The position numbers and the translations under genes are program-made. Below, one piece after another: positions 48,306-58,892 of a stretch of 64,000 nt of DNA. This DNA is from an uncultured Bdellovibrionales bacterium (lineage in GTDB: Bacteria > Patescibacteriota > Minisyncoccia > Moranbacterales > UBA2206). Below the pieces are notes generated by a model. It did no database searches. It saw only the letters and a list, made by a program, of their open reading frames with translations, and was not told where the DNA came from. The first letter of the stretch is position 1; every line of letters starts with the position of its first letter. The stretch is taken from positions 77,255-141,254 of the forward strand of contig CAZIFD010000002.1 in the NCBI GenBank assembly GCA_964538685.1, given 5' to 3'.

Positions 48306-48462
48306 TTGCCTTGTCAGCTTCAATCTGACAAAGAAGTCAAAAGTTTGCGGTCAAAAGTCAAAACTACAACCAAAAAGTCAAAATTTAACCGCTTGGTTGT
48401 GGCTTTGTTCTTTTGCCTTTTTCTTCCAACTCAATTGTCAAAAGAGCTAAAATTAAATTAAT

Positions 48463-48957
48463 TTATATCAAAAACTTCTTTTTATTTTGGCTAAGATCGG
48501 TAAATTTGTCAAGCCTTTCAACTAATTTGGCGCTAGTTGATTCGGAAAAAGAAATTCCCTCCACTCGGCAACCGGTAGTGCTTTGGATATATTCAACCAA
48601 AGGAATGTAGTCTCCATCTCCGGAAGCTAAGACGATTACATCTAAGGTTTTACTCATTTTGATGGCGTCAACAGAAATTCCAACATCCCAATCACCTTTT
48701 TTGGCTCCTCCGGGAAAGATTTGCAAATCTTTGGTTTTAACTTCAAAACCTTGTTTTTCCAAGGCGTCAAAAAATTTTTCTTCAATTCCTTCCAGCGTTT
48801 TGATTCCATAAGCAATGGCTCTGATTAGTTTTCTGTCACCAATAGCATCCTTTAAAAGCGCTCCAAAGTTAGCTTTCTTTTTATGCAAAACTTTAGCGCT
48901 ATAGTAAAGGTTTTGAATGTCAACTAACACGCCGATTCGTTGTTCTTTATATATAGA
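48463..48957 (-). CDS. NYN/LabA-like PIN-fold nuclease domain protein
   Basis: RIGVLVDIQNLYYS...DWDVGISVDA...DVIVLASGDGDYIPLV. Confidence 0.7.
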   Translation of the reverse strand, partial: SIYKEQRIGVLVDIQNLYYSAKVLHKKKANFGALLKDAIGDRKLIRAIAYGIKTLEGIEEKFFDALEKQGFEVKTKDLQIFPGGAKKGDWDVGISVDAIKMSKTLDVIVLASGDGDYIPLVEYIQSTTGCRVEGISFSESTSAKLVERLDKFTDLSQNKKKFLI

Positions 48958-49014
48958 CATAATGTTTATTGATAAATAAAACAAAAGCAGGGACACCCTG
49001 CTTTTTATCTAAAT

Positions 49015-49284
49015 TTATCCTTTCAAATTGAGTTTTTTAATTAATGCCTTATAAGCTTTTTCGTTGGTTTTTTCTAAATATTGCATTAATTTTTTTCTTT
49101 TGGAAACCATCTTAAGAAGACCGCGTCTGGAATGAAAATCTTTGGCATTCTTTTTGAGATGAGTGGTAAGTTTTTTGATTGTTTCGGTGAAAAGAGCGAT
49201 TTGATATTCCGGAGAGCCGGTATCTTTGTCGTGTCTTTTTACATCTTTGGTTACTTTCGTTTTTTGCTTATTATTAAGCGCCAT
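49015..49284 (-). CDS. rpsO: 30S ribosomal protein S15
   Basis: MALNNKQKTKV...GSPEYQIALFTETIKKLTTHLKKNAKDFHSRRGLLKMV. Start at internal ATG, 89 aa. Confidence 0.9.
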   Translation of the reverse strand: MALNNKQKTKVTKDVKRHDKDTGSPEYQIALFTETIKKLTTHLKKNAKDFHSRRGLLKMVSKRKKLMQYLEKTNEKAYKALIKKLNLKG

Positions 49285-49502
49285 AGTTGTGTTTCGGCAC
49301 AATTTGAGTCGGGGATGTCCCACCGGCCAAAATTGGCTAATTAATCAAATAACATCTTGAGTTTAACACAAAAAAATCAATTTGTAAAGTGTTATGTTTT
49401 CTGGTGTCGCTTTGGGAGATATTGAAACTTATTTATCGGAAAAAACTGAATTTTATTTCGGATTATTTTTTCTGTTCCTAATAATATGTTAGATTATAGA
49501 GT

Positions 49503-51698
49503 ATGAGTTATTTTTTGGAAAAACTTAATCCGTCCCAACGAGAGGCGGTGGAAAAAATTAATGGACCAATGCTGATTATTGCCGGTGCCGGGTCGGGGAA
49601 AACCAGAACACTTACTTATCGGGTGGCTTATTTAATTTTGGAGAAAAAAATAAATCCCAGGAGAATTTTAGCAGTTACTTTTACTAATAAAGCGGCTGGA
49701 GAAATGAAAGAGCGAATTTCAGAATTGCTTGGCAGTCAAAAATTAGATTCCGAGTCGGAAGCTGAAATGCTCTATACGCTTCCGACTGTTGGAACTTTTC
49801 ATTCTATTTGTGTTAGAATCTTGCGTTGCGAAATTGAAGTTTTGGGATATGATAAAAATTTTAATATTTTGGATGCTCAGGATCAATTGAGTCTGATGAA
49901 AAAAGTGATGAAAGAAATGGAAATAAATTCTGATCAATTTAAGCCGAAGGCTATGTTGGGAACAATTTCCAAGGCTAAAAATGAGCTTCAAGATTCTCAG
50001 GAGTTTGAAAAAAAAATGGGCGGGTATTATGAAGAAATGGTTTCCAAGGTTTATAAAAATTATGAAAAAAGACTCAGAGAGAATAATGCTTTGGATTTTG
50101 ACGACCTTTTGTTGCTTGCGGTGAGGCTATTTCAGCGTTTTCCCAATGTATTGGAAAAATATCAAAATTTCTTCCAGTATATTTTGGTTGATGAATATCA
50201 AGATACCAACCGAGCGCAATATCTTTTGGTAAAAATGTTGGGAGAAAAACACCAAAATATTTGTGTTGTGGGTGATGACTGGCAAGGAATTTATTCTTGG
50301 CGTGGAGCTAATATCCAAAATATTTTGGATTTTGAAAAAGATTATCCTTTGGCCAAAGTTGTAAAATTGGAACAAAATTATCGTTCCACTCAAAATATTC
50401 TGGATGCGGCTTATGGAGTTATTTCCAAAAATATCAATCGGAAAGACAAGAAAATTTGGACCCAAAATGGTGGCGGACATCTTCTGACATCCTATGAGGC
50501 CAGGGATGAAAAAGACGAAGCCGAATTTGTTGTGAGAGAAATATTGGCTTTGTCTCAAAAATCCAAAGGAAAAGAGATCGGTTTGTCTGATTTTGTAGTG
50601 CTTTATAGAACTAACGCTCAATCCAGAATTATTGAAGAAGAAATGCTTAAAAATTCTTTATCCTATCGGATTATTGGAGGTGTTAAATTTTATCAAAGAA
50701 AAGAAGTAAAAGATGTGTTGGCTTATCTTCGGATAGTGTCAAATTTTGCCGATGAGGTGTCGTTGGGAAGAATAATCAATGAACCGAAACGAAACATCGG
50801 AGAAATTACCTTATCCAAATGGCTAAAAGCGTCCAGAGAAAATAATTCAGACGCCATAAACTACGGATCTAAACTTAAAAATCAAGAATTGAAGTTGACG
50901 GTCAATAAAATAAAAATTATCGCTGAATTTTGTCAATTTATAATTAAGGCTAAAAACAAATTAACAAAAACAAAACTTACTGATTTTATTGAATGGATAA
51001 TCAAAGAAAGTGGATATGAAAAATTTTTGTTGGATGGTACGGATGAGGGAGAGGCTCGTTATGAAAATGTGAGGGAACTTTTAACAGTAGCCAAGAAATT
51101 TGATGATTTTTCTGGAGAAGAAGGAGTGCATCTTTTTTTGGAAGAAGTGGCGCTTCAGTCAGACACTGACGACATTGATCAGAAAAAAGAAGCAGTGCAT
51201 CTGATGACTCTTCACAGTGCCAAGGGGCTGGAGTTCAGATATGTTTTTATTGTTGGCTTGGAGGAAGGAATTATGCCTCACAGTAGAAGTATTTTGAGTG
51301 ATGATGAAATGGAAGAAGAAAGACGATTGGCTTATGTCGGAATTACTAGAGCCAAGGAAAAAGTTTATTTGCTTTTCACGACCGAAAGAAATATTTTTGG
51401 TTCTACACAAGTTAATATGCCCAGTCGTTTTTTGGATGACATACCGGAACATTTGTTAGAATCGTATAACACAAAAAAAACAAAAAATAATCAAAAGATT
51501 GATAACTCTCAATTTTCAAAAAAAAAGAAGGCTCCTTTCTCTCAGGTTCATTGTTTTGGGGATGGTGAACGAGTGAAGCACGAAGTTTTTGGTGAAGGAT
51601 TGATTGTGGCATCCAAAGGAACTGAAGTTACTATTGCTTTTAAGAAGTACGGACTTAAAAAAATTGATGTTTCTATCGCTCCGCTTGAGAAATTATAA
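49503..51698 (+). CDS. pcrA: ATP-dependent DNA helicase PcrA/UvrD
   Basis: LNPSQREAV...AGAGSGKTRTLTYR; motifs through VTLHSAKGLEF. Confidence 0.9.
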   Translation: MSYFLEKLNPSQREAVEKINGPMLIIAGAGSGKTRTLTYRVAYLILEKKINPRRILAVTFTNKAAGEMKERISELLGSQKLDSESEAEMLYTLPTVGTFHSICVRILRCEIEVLGYDKNFNILDAQDQLSLMKKVMKEMEINSDQFKPKAMLGTISKAKNELQDSQEFEKKMGGYYEEMVSKVYKNYEKRLRENNALDFDDLLLLAVRLFQRFPNVLEKYQNFFQYILVDEYQDTNRAQYLLVKMLGEKHQNICVVGDDWQGIYSWRGANIQNILDFEKDYPLAKVVKLEQNYRSTQNILDAAYGVISKNINRKDKKIWTQNGGGHLLTSYEARDEKDEAEFVVREILALSQKSKGKEIGLSDFVVLYRTNAQSRIIEEEMLKNSLSYRIIGGVKFYQRKEVKDVLAYLRIVSNFADEVSLGRIINEPKRNIGEITLSKWLKASRENNSDAINYGSKLKNQELKLTVNKIKIIAEFCQFIIKAKNKLTKTKLTDFIEWIIKESGYEKFLLDGTDEGEARYENVRELLTVAKKFDDFSGEEGVHLFLEEVALQSDTDDIDQKKEAVHLMTLHSAKGLEFRYVFIVGLEEGIMPHSRSILSDDEMEEERRLAYVGITRAKEKVYLLFTTERNIFGSTQVNMPSRFLDDIPEHLLESYNTKKTKNNQKIDNSQFSKKKKAPFSQVHCFGDGERVKHEVFGEGLIVASKGTEVTIAFKKYGLKKIDVSIAPLEKL

Positions 51699-51750
51699 AT
51701 AGTTTAAAATAATAATACTGCAAAAACCGGACTTAGAAGTCCGGTTTTTG

Positions 51751-52800
51751 TTAGTAGATATAGCCTTTAATGACTCGGCTGGAACTGCTTATGACGCGAG
51801 TTGATTTTTTGGCCCAGCCTTTGTAGTTCATTTCGGAAATAGTAATTGAACTTCCGCTAACTTTTTCCACTATTCCAACATGACCCCACCAAGATTCCGA
51901 AGTTACAATAATTGAACCGACCTTGGGAGTTTTTCCGGTAGCATAACCCATAGATTTGGCATGATACAACCAAGTTCCGGCGTTTCCGCCCCAAGGAACA
52001 TATCTTCTTTGCGATACATACCAAGTACAATATCCATAAGGAAAGCTATGTCCAGTTCCGGCTTTTCCACTCAGGACCTTGCCGAAAGATTCATATTCGC
52101 GAGAAGCAATTGTGCTTCCGGCAGATGTTTGAGATGGAGCAGGCTGAATGAATTCTTTTTGTCCACCTGGAATGACAATTTCTTGTCCTGACTTCAGTTC
52201 TCCGTTAGCCGGAAGATCATTGAAAGCGATAATTTCATTTTTATCAGCTTTGTATTTCTTAGCGATACTGTCAATGTTATCATTATTTTGAACGGTATAA
52301 GTAAGTCCGGAAACCGGCAAAATAAATATTTTATCTCCTGGCATAATTGAATCAACATTGTCAATTTCATTGGCCCAAAGAATAGTATTGACAGTTATGT
52401 TGTGTCTTGAAGCAATTGAGCCAACGGTGTCTCCCGGTTTAACTTCATAAATTTCCACTCCCCCATCTTCTTTGGGATCTTTTTTGACCGGACTGGTTCC
52501 GGCAATTAAAGCTTGTCCTCCGATAGTCATCAAATCATCCGTTTCCTCTTCAATTGAATCTTCCGGATCAGGATTGGTGGTACCTTGAATCAGAGGTGCC
52601 ATAGCTAGATTATTTTTTTGATCACTCTTTAGAAACAATTTATTTTTAAGGGAAGTATTGTCTTTTTCGTTGGAACTTTCCAAATAACCAAATAAAAAAC
52701 CGCTGGATTCTTTTCCGGCTGCCAAATTAGTGGCGGAAACCAAAACGGCACTAGAAATCACAACGATAAGCGCTGAGTAGTTTCTAAATAAATGGAGCAT
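51751..52800 (-). CDS. Secreted peptidoglycan hydrolase: 2x LysM plus C-terminal CHAP/NlpC-P60-like domain
   Basis: LysM GDTVGSIASRHNITVNTILWAN and YTVQNNDNIDSIAKKY. C-terminal YGYCTWYV...GHVGIV (Cys/His). Confidence 0.7.
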   Translation of the reverse strand: MLHLFRNYSALIVVISSAVLVSATNLAAGKESSGFLFGYLESSNEKDNTSLKNKLFLKSDQKNNLAMAPLIQGTTNPDPEDSIEEETDDLMTIGGQALIAGTSPVKKDPKEDGGVEIYEVKPGDTVGSIASRHNITVNTILWANEIDNVDSIMPGDKIFILPVSGLTYTVQNNDNIDSIAKKYKADKNEIIAFNDLPANGELKSGQEIVIPGGQKEFIQPAPSQTSAGSTIASREYESFGKVLSGKAGTGHSFPYGYCTWYVSQRRYVPWGGNAGTWLYHAKSMGYATGKTPKVGSIIVTSESWWGHVGIVEKVSGSSITISEMNYKGWAKKSTRVISSSSRVIKGYIY

Positions 52801-53248
52801 CTTAACTGTCCGATGCTCTTTTATAAAATCTACAACACTTTTTTGGAATAAATGGATTTTAGTGTTGAGATTTTTAAAGTTGTTTTTGCTAAATAAACCT
52901 TTGAACGACTGGAGGTTGAGTTTACGAATAGCAGTTATCTTTCAGTTTAGCTTTGATTTAAGGGTTCCAACTTCTAAGCGTACCGTTGGTTTCCATTGAC
53001 CAAAGCCCTAATTGTTAGTTGACTGTATTCTACAATAAGCCAAATCAGATAAATTATTGTAGCACTAGCCAATATACAGAAAACTTGCCGGAATGTCAAA
53101 CCAGATTAAATATTTTTAGCTTATATAAGCCATTTTATTTTTTAGTTAAAGCGAAAAAAGTCTCAAATAAGCCATTTTTTTCTAAAATTGTTTTTTGTTT
53201 CAAAAAGAGTTAAGATGTAAATGTCGTAAAAAGAAAACAAATAAAAAT

Positions 53249-54172
53249 ATGAGCTTATTTGAGCTAAAAAATAGGTTTTTGGAATATTTGGAAATTGAAA
53301 GAGGCCGAGCAAAAAAAACTATTGAAAATTATGATCATTATCTTTCTTGTTTTTTAGAATGGTCGGGTGTCAATGAGGCCAAAGACATAACAGAATCACG
53401 AGTGCGTGAGTTTCGGCTTTTGTTGAATAGGTTTGTTGATAAAAAGGGACATAATCTCAAAAAAATTACTCAAAATTATTATATCATTGCACTTCGCAGT
53501 TTTCTGAAATATCTTTCCAGAAATGATATTGAAACTTTGCCAGCAGAAAAAGTAGAGGTAGGAAAAACTTCAATGCGAGAAGTGGATTTTTTGGAGAGCG
53601 ACGAAGTGGAAAGGATTATTGAAGCTTCAACCGGTGATTCTTTTAAATCTCTTCGGGACAAGGCGATTTTGGAATTGCTTTTTTCCGGTGGTTTGCGAGT
53701 ATCCGAACTGATTAACATTAATCGGGATAAGCTAAATTTGAAAACTCAAGAGGTTGTGGTCAGGGGGAAGGGAGATAAGTTGCGAGTGATATTTGTTTCT
53801 GATCGTGCTAAAGAGGTTTTGCAAAAATATTTAGATAAAAGAACTGATATTGATCCGGCACTTTTTGTTCGGGACGAAAAAGCTCTCAAAAAGTTTAAAA
53901 AAAAAGAAAAAGGAACTGGTTTGCGACTTACTCCTCGTTCAATTCAAAGAATTGTTAAATATTATGCAACGAAAGCTGGGATTGTCAAAGATGTCCATCC
54001 GCATACTTTGCGCCATTCTTTTGCCACAGATCTTCTTTCCAATGGAGCTGATATTCGTTCGGTGCAAGTGATGCTGGGACATTCTTCCATAACGACGACT
54101 CAAATTTACACTCATGTTACCAATCAGAAACTTAAGGAAGTTCATAAGAACTTTCACAGGAAGAAGAAGTAA
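53249..54172 (+). CDS. Tyrosine recombinase XerC/XerD
   Basis: C-terminal RHSFATDLLSNGADIRSVQVMLGHSSITTTQIYTHV (R..H..R..Y catalytic set). Start placed at the MSLFELKNRF ATG. Confidence 0.8.
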   Translation: MSLFELKNRFLEYLEIERGRAKKTIENYDHYLSCFLEWSGVNEAKDITESRVREFRLLLNRFVDKKGHNLKKITQNYYIIALRSFLKYLSRNDIETLPAEKVEVGKTSMREVDFLESDEVERIIEASTGDSFKSLRDKAILELLFSGGLRVSELININRDKLNLKTQEVVVRGKGDKLRVIFVSDRAKEVLQKYLDKRTDIDPALFVRDEKALKKFKKKEKGTGLRLTPRSIQRIVKYYATKAGIVKDVHPHTLRHSFATDLLSNGADIRSVQVMLGHSSITTTQIYTHVTNQKLKEVHKNFHRKKK

Positions 54173-54214
54173 TTGACTGATTTTGCTTTTTGAAATAAGA
54201 TTAATTTGTCTTTC

Positions 54215-54288
54215 GGGCGGTTAGCTCAGCTGGTTAGAGCGCCACATTGACATTGTGGAGGTCACAGGTTCGAGTCCCGTATCGCCCA
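54215..54288 (+). tRNA. tRNA-Val (anticodon GAC)
   Basis: Cloverleaf with 7-bp acceptor GGGCGGT/ATCGCCC, anticodon loop TTGACAT, T-loop TTCGAGT. No encoded CCA. Confidence 0.85.
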
Positions 54289-54295
54289 CTCCTCA

Positions 54296-54367
54296 GGGAC
54301 CATAGCTCAGCGGTAGAGCAGGCGACTCATAATCGCTTGGTCATAGGTTCGAATCCTATTGGTCCCA
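54296..54367 (+). tRNA. tRNA-Met (anticodon CAT; elongator type or tRNA-Ile2 if lysidinylated)
   Basis: Acceptor GGGACCA/TGGTCCC, anticodon stem GGCGA/TCGCT, loop CTCATAA, T-loop TTCGAAT. Confidence 0.85.
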
Positions 54368-54377
54368 CTAAACAAAA

Positions 54378-54410
54378 AACCTGTTCCCTTAATTTTTGGA
54401 CAGGTTTTTT
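54378..54410 (+). terminator. Rho-independent terminator after the tRNA pair
   Basis: AACCTGTTCC...GGACAGGTT hairpin plus TTTTTT. Also faces the 3' end of the minus-strand gene. Confidence 0.6.
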
Positions 54411-54425
54411 AGTGTGCTATGCTGT

Positions 54426-55412
54426 CTACTTGATTTCACTTGTTGTTGCGCCAGTTTTTACTTTTCCTGTTTCAATATTGGTTTCTTCAAGCAGTTCTTC
54501 CAAAATCTCTTCCACTTTAGGTGTGGCAATTTCTTTGAAAAAAAGTGTCCAAATAACTTGCGAAAAAGCTTGATAAAAAGAATTAAGCGCTAAAACTAGG
54601 ATTAAAAAGATAATTCCCCCAATTATGGTTGCAACTAAAGCTCCGACTAATCCAAAAAGCAGAAAAAGAATAAAACCGATAATCCCAAAAAGCAAGATAA
54701 TAAAAATCAAAATTGCAATTAGGGAAAAAACAAAAGCTAGTCCCAGCGGAATAAAAAAAATAGTCATAATCAAGCTCGGTATCCAATTTTTTTGAAAAAG
54801 AGAATAAGCTGATTCTAGGGAATTTTTGAGAGATAATTTTCCCAAAACAAGATAATTTTGCCCGAAAATTCTGAGAAAAGAAAAGGTAATAACAAGTGGA
54901 ACAATGATTAGTAATCCCAAAACAAGTAAAAAACCTCCGGCATAATAAGAATGGTTGGAAAAAAGCAGTCCAATCGGAATAACAATAACAGAAATAATAA
55001 TTGCCAGAGAAAAAGAAAGGATAATTTGCAGGAAAAGAAAATTCCAAAGATGTTTTTTTCCAAAAAGGAAAGCTGTTTTGAATCCAAAGATTTCTTTTTT
55101 TTCTTCTTTCTGAACAGCCTTGATTATGCCGGCTCGTGAAATTATAGCCAGAAGCGAGAAGATTATTAGAAAAATTGAGGCTGAAATAAGGAGTGGTATT
55201 AACCAGTTGGAATGAACTACAAAATAATTGTGTAATTGTTCCCAAGAAATTTCTTCTTCTCTTTCGCCAAAAGAATAATTGAAAATTTGAGCTCCGCCGG
55301 AAAAAGCCAGAAAAAAACCCAACCACCACAAATAACGATTTTTCCAAGTCAGAAAAAAAGCTTTTTTAATTATTTCCAAGTAATTTATTTCGGAAATTTT
55401 TTGTTTAAACAT
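54426..55412 (-). CDS. Polytopic membrane protein (hypothetical)
   Basis: 328 aa, at least 6 TM, Gly-zipper-like helices. The overlapping 54583-55347 ORF in another frame is rejected. Confidence 0.4.
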   Translation of the reverse strand: MFKQKISEINYLEIIKKAFFLTWKNRYLWWLGFFLAFSGGAQIFNYSFGEREEEISWEQLHNYFVVHSNWLIPLLISASIFLIIFSLLAIISRAGIIKAVQKEEKKEIFGFKTAFLFGKKHLWNFLFLQIILSFSLAIIISVIVIPIGLLFSNHSYYAGGFLLVLGLLIIVPLVITFSFLRIFGQNYLVLGKLSLKNSLESAYSLFQKNWIPSLIMTIFFIPLGLAFVFSLIAILIFIILLFGIIGFILFLLFGLVGALVATIIGGIIFLILVLALNSFYQAFSQVIWTLFFKEIATPKVEEILEELLEETNIETGKVKTGATTSEIK

Positions 55413-55420
55413 AAGTTCTT

Positions 55421-57268
55421 TTAATTATTTTCTTCTTTGGTTTCCTTTTCTTTTTTTATGTCGACAATAGTGTTAAATTCATCTTGTTCCAAAGTTTCTT
55501 TTTTGAGAAGCGCTTCAGATATTTTGTCCAGAATATCTTTCTTCTCAATTAATATTTTTTCAGCTACTTGAAAGGCGTTTTTGATAAAATTAGAAACTTG
55601 AGCATCAATGGCTTCAGCAGTTTTTTCACTATAGTTTTTTTCTTCTTGAATTTCTTTGCCTAAAAATACCATTTCTTCTTTGTGGCCGAAAGTTCGCGGA
55701 CCAAGCTCGCTCATTCCGTAACGAGTGACCAAATTTCTGGCCATCCGAGTGGCTCTTTCTAAATCATTGGAAGCTCCGGTCGTAATATCTCCGAAAGTTA
55801 TTTTTTCGCTCACATATCCGCCTAAGAGAACCGAGAGTTCATCAATGAAATATTTTTTGCTCAGGAGTCTTTTGTCCTTGGCTGGAGCGCTAAGGGTATA
55901 ACCTCCGGCACTGCCTCTGGAAATGATGGAAACTTTTTGAATTGGATCAGCATTTGGCAAAATAGCTCCAATCAGGGCATGTCCGGCTTCATGATAAGCG
56001 ACAATTTTCTTTTCATCTTGGTCAATTACTCGGCTCTTTCTTTCCGGTCCCAAAATAACCTTTTCAATTGAAGAATAGACTTCATCCGGACCGATAGTTT
56101 TTTTGTCTTTCCTAGCCGAAAAAATGGCAGCTTCATTCAAGAGATTGGAAAGATCCGCTCCGGAAAAGCCGGAGGTTCTTTCTGCCACTTTGCGTAGATC
56201 AACTTCTTTTTCTAAAGGTTTGTTTTTGGCATGAATTCTAAGAATTGCATCTCGCTCTTCAATATCAGGCAAATCCATAGTCACTCTTCTATCAAAACGA
56301 CCTGGGCGAAGAAGTGCTGGATCCAAAACATCCGGTCTGTTGGTTGCCGCGATCACAATTACATTAGTATTAACATCAAATCCGTCCATTTCAACCAAAA
56401 TCTGGTTAAGTGTTTGTTCTCTTTCATCGTGTCCTCCTCCAAGTCCGCTTCCTCGGTGTCTTCCGACAGCATCAATTTCATCAATAAAAACGATGGAAGG
56501 AGCATTCTTTTTAGCTTGCTTAAAAAGATCGCGGACGCGGGAAGCTCCGACTCCAACAAACATTTCTACAAATTCCGAACCGGAAATATGAAAAAAGGGA
56601 GCATTGGCTTCACCGGCGACGGCTCTGGCAATTAAGGTTTTTCCTGTTCCCGGATTTCCGAGAAGTAAAACTCCTTTGGGAATTTTAGCTCCCAAGTTGA
56701 GAAATTTTTTAGGATGTTTCAAAAATTCAACAATTTCTTCTAGTTCTTCTTTGGCTTCTTTGGCGCCGGCGACATCTTTGAAAGTGGTTCTTTTTCTTTT
56801 ATCTTTCGGGTCTAACATTCTAGCTCTGGAGCTTCCGAAGGACAAGGCTTGACTGTTGCCTCTTTGAGCTTGCTTTAACATAAACCAAATAAAAGCTCCA
56901 ATCAGAAGAAATGGCAAAAAGAAAGGTAAGAATGATCCAAGAAAAGTCATCCAACTAGAATCTTCTTTTATTTGAATATCCACTTGGCTTAATTTTTCAT
57001 TTTCAACGCCATAGTTTTTAAGTGATTCAGTGAGTCCGGACTCTTTTTCTTTGGTAGAAATTTCCTTTTTCTCATTTTTAAGCTCAATTTCCAAGCTGTC
57101 ATTTTGAATGACAATTGATTTAACCTCGGCTTGATTTATTTGAGTGGCCAGTTGGCTTAAGGATATTTTTTCCGGTTTTTCCGTTGGAGAATTATAAAGA
57201 ACAAAAAATCCGGAAATAAAAATAAAGACCAGTAGCACTAAACTAATATTTTTGGCGAGATTTTTCAT
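55421..57268 (-). CDS. ftsH: ATP-dependent zinc metalloprotease FtsH
   Basis: [33 protein letters not shown] zinc motif. Confidence 0.95.
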   Translation of the reverse strand: MKNLAKNISLVLLVFIFISGFFVLYNSPTEKPEKISLSQLATQINQAEVKSIVIQNDSLEIELKNEKKEISTKEKESGLTESLKNYGVENEKLSQVDIQIKEDSSWMTFLGSFLPFFLPFLLIGAFIWFMLKQAQRGNSQALSFGSSRARMLDPKDKRKRTTFKDVAGAKEAKEELEEIVEFLKHPKKFLNLGAKIPKGVLLLGNPGTGKTLIARAVAGEANAPFFHISGSEFVEMFVGVGASRVRDLFKQAKKNAPSIVFIDEIDAVGRHRGSGLGGGHDEREQTLNQILVEMDGFDVNTNVIVIAATNRPDVLDPALLRPGRFDRRVTMDLPDIEERDAILRIHAKNKPLEKEVDLRKVAERTSGFSGADLSNLLNEAAIFSARKDKKTIGPDEVYSSIEKVILGPERKSRVIDQDEKKIVAYHEAGHALIGAILPNADPIQKVSIISRGSAGGYTLSAPAKDKRLLSKKYFIDELSVLLGGYVSEKITFGDITTGASNDLERATRMARNLVTRYGMSELGPRTFGHKEEMVFLGKEIQEEKNYSEKTAEAIDAQVSNFIKNAFQVAEKILIEKKDILDKISEALLKKETLEQDEFNTIVDIKKEKETKEENN

Positions 57269-57287
57269 AATTTTTTTGAAAGATAAT

Positions 57288-58253
57288 TTATTTTTGAGAA
57301 ACTACAGACACTCTATCACCCTTTTTCTCTATTTTCAACCCTTGAAATTCAATTGTTTGGGTTTTTCCTTTAGGACTTTTTAATATCTTAATAATTTCTT
57401 CAATGTGTTTGGCGTTTATTTTTCTCAGATCGCCTTTATTTTTTTTTAATTCTTTTCGCAATATTCCTCTTAAAATTGAAGACGGAAAGTCTAGAAGTTT
57501 TTTGGCGCTCAAAACAGCTATTTTTTTAGTAGGAATATTTTTTTGAATAAAATCGTAATCATCTGCAATGGAAATGGAGGAAACAAAAAGAGTTTTTTTG
57601 ATGTTGGGATTAAATCTTTTTTCCAAATAAGGAAGAAGTTGATTGCGAATCTTGTTTCTAAGATAAATATTTTCCAAATTTGTTTTGTCGGTGCGATAGT
57701 GAAGTTTATTTTCTTTCAGATAAGCTAATATTTCTTTCCGAGAAGTTCCTAGGAGTGGTCTAATGATTTTTTCTGTTCGGTATTTCATGGCAGACAAGCC
57801 CTGAAGTCCTGATCCGCGGATTAGTCGCATTAGAAAAGTTTCGGCTTGGTCGTCTAAATTATGAGCGACAGCAATTGAATCAAATTTCTGTTTTATTCTT
57901 ATCTTTTCAAAAAAGTCATAACGGATTTTTCTACATTTTTCTTCTAAATTTTTTGAGTTTTGAACGGAAACAGTCAAGGAAAAGAAATCCAAGCTCAATT
58001 TTTCGGCCGTTTTTTTCACTAAATTCTCATCTTTTTGGCTGTCTTTTTCTCGCAAGTTATAATTTATATGAGCCACTGCCAATTTTAAAGAATACTTTTT
58101 TTGAAGAACGGAAAAGACATTTAGAAGACACATTGAATCTGGTCCGCCGGAAACTCCCAAAACAATCTTGTCTCCTTTTTTCCAGAGTTCGTTTTGGTGG
58201 GCGGTATTTTGGATTTTTTTAACCAGTTTTGACATTTGATTTGATAATTTCAA
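57288..58253 (-). CDS. tilS: tRNA(Ile)-lysidine synthetase
   Basis: PP-loop IVLGVSGGPDSMCLLNV; upstream of ftsH as in many bacteria. Confidence 0.85.
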   Translation of the reverse strand: MKLSNQMSKLVKKIQNTAHQNELWKKGDKIVLGVSGGPDSMCLLNVFSVLQKKYSLKLAVAHINYNLREKDSQKDENLVKKTAEKLSLDFFSLTVSVQNSKNLEEKCRKIRYDFFEKIRIKQKFDSIAVAHNLDDQAETFLMRLIRGSGLQGLSAMKYRTEKIIRPLLGTSRKEILAYLKENKLHYRTDKTNLENIYLRNKIRNQLLPYLEKRFNPNIKKTLFVSSISIADDYDFIQKNIPTKKIAVLSAKKLLDFPSSILRGILRKELKKNKGDLRKINAKHIEEIIKILKSPKGKTQTIEFQGLKIEKKGDRVSVVSQK

Positions 58254-58794
58254 AAACCTTTTGAATTGCTTCTTCTAATTTCCCTTCTTCATTAACTACT
58301 TTGTAGTCATAAATATTTTCATATTTTAGCCATTCTTTTGTATAAGCCATTCTTTCTTGAATGTAAGCATCATCAATTTCCGGATTTCTTCTTCTAATTC
58401 TTCTTTCCAGAGTTTCCAGATTTGGCGGAGCAATAAAAATAGACTTGATTTCGGGAAAATTTTTTTTAGCAAAAATAACTCCCTTGTATTCTATCTTCCA
58501 AATCCCTATTTTTCCGGATGTTGCTACTCTATCCAATTCTTCTTTAGTGACGCCATAAAGATTTTGGTTATATTCTTCGGCCCATTCAGCCATTTTTTCA
58601 TTTTTTATTTTTTCTTCAAATTCTTTCCGACTAAGAAAATAATATGGATTGCCGTCAGACTCTCCTTTTCTTGGGGAGCGACTAGTGGAAGTGATTATTC
58701 TTTCAAGAGGTAGATATTTTTTTAAACCCTCAATGATGCTGTCTTCACCTACTCCACTGGGACCGGAAACAATGAAAATATTATTCTTCCGCAT
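58219..58794 (-). CDS. gmk: Guanylate kinase
   Basis: IFIVSGPSGVGEDSI P-loop; TSRSPRKGESDGNPYYF. Confidence 0.85.
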   Translation of the reverse strand: MRKNNIFIVSGPSGVGEDSIIEGLKKYLPLERIITSTSRSPRKGESDGNPYYFLSRKEFEEKIKNEKMAEWAEEYNQNLYGVTKEELDRVATSGKIGIWKIEYKGVIFAKKNFPEIKSIFIAPPNLETLERRIRRRNPEIDDAYIQERMAYTKEWLKYENIYDYKVVNEEGKLEEAIQKVFEIIKSNVKTG

Positions 58795-58892
58795 ATTTTT
58801 TATTTAATCTTAATTAGCTAATTTTATCCGAAATAAGGCTTTTAGTCAAACAAAAAACGCTCTCATACAAGAGCGTTTTTTGAAAATTTTCT

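Noticed and set aside
53249-54367. Tyrosine recombinase adjacent to two tRNA genes as a possible integrative-element boundary
   Set aside because: The recombinase has the full Xer-type N- and C-domains and is flanked by housekeeping genes (a peptidoglycan hydrolase, ftsH-tilS). There are no direct repeats of the tRNA 3' end and no phage or ICE genes nearby.
54247-54573. 108-aa plus-strand ORF
   Set aside because: It overlaps both tRNA genes and the terminator. Its translation is tRNA sequence read as protein.
54583-55347. 254-aa minus-strand ORF overlapping the 328-aa membrane-protein ORF (54426-55412) in another frame
   Set aside because: Low-complexity Phe/Cys/Ser-rich translation. It is fully nested in a more plausible hydrophobic ORF, so it is likely a frame artefact.
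58219-58253. 35-nt overlap between gmk and tilS
   Set aside because: It is consistent with compact operon organisation. The tilS stop and gmk start are both well supported, so it is not a frameshift.
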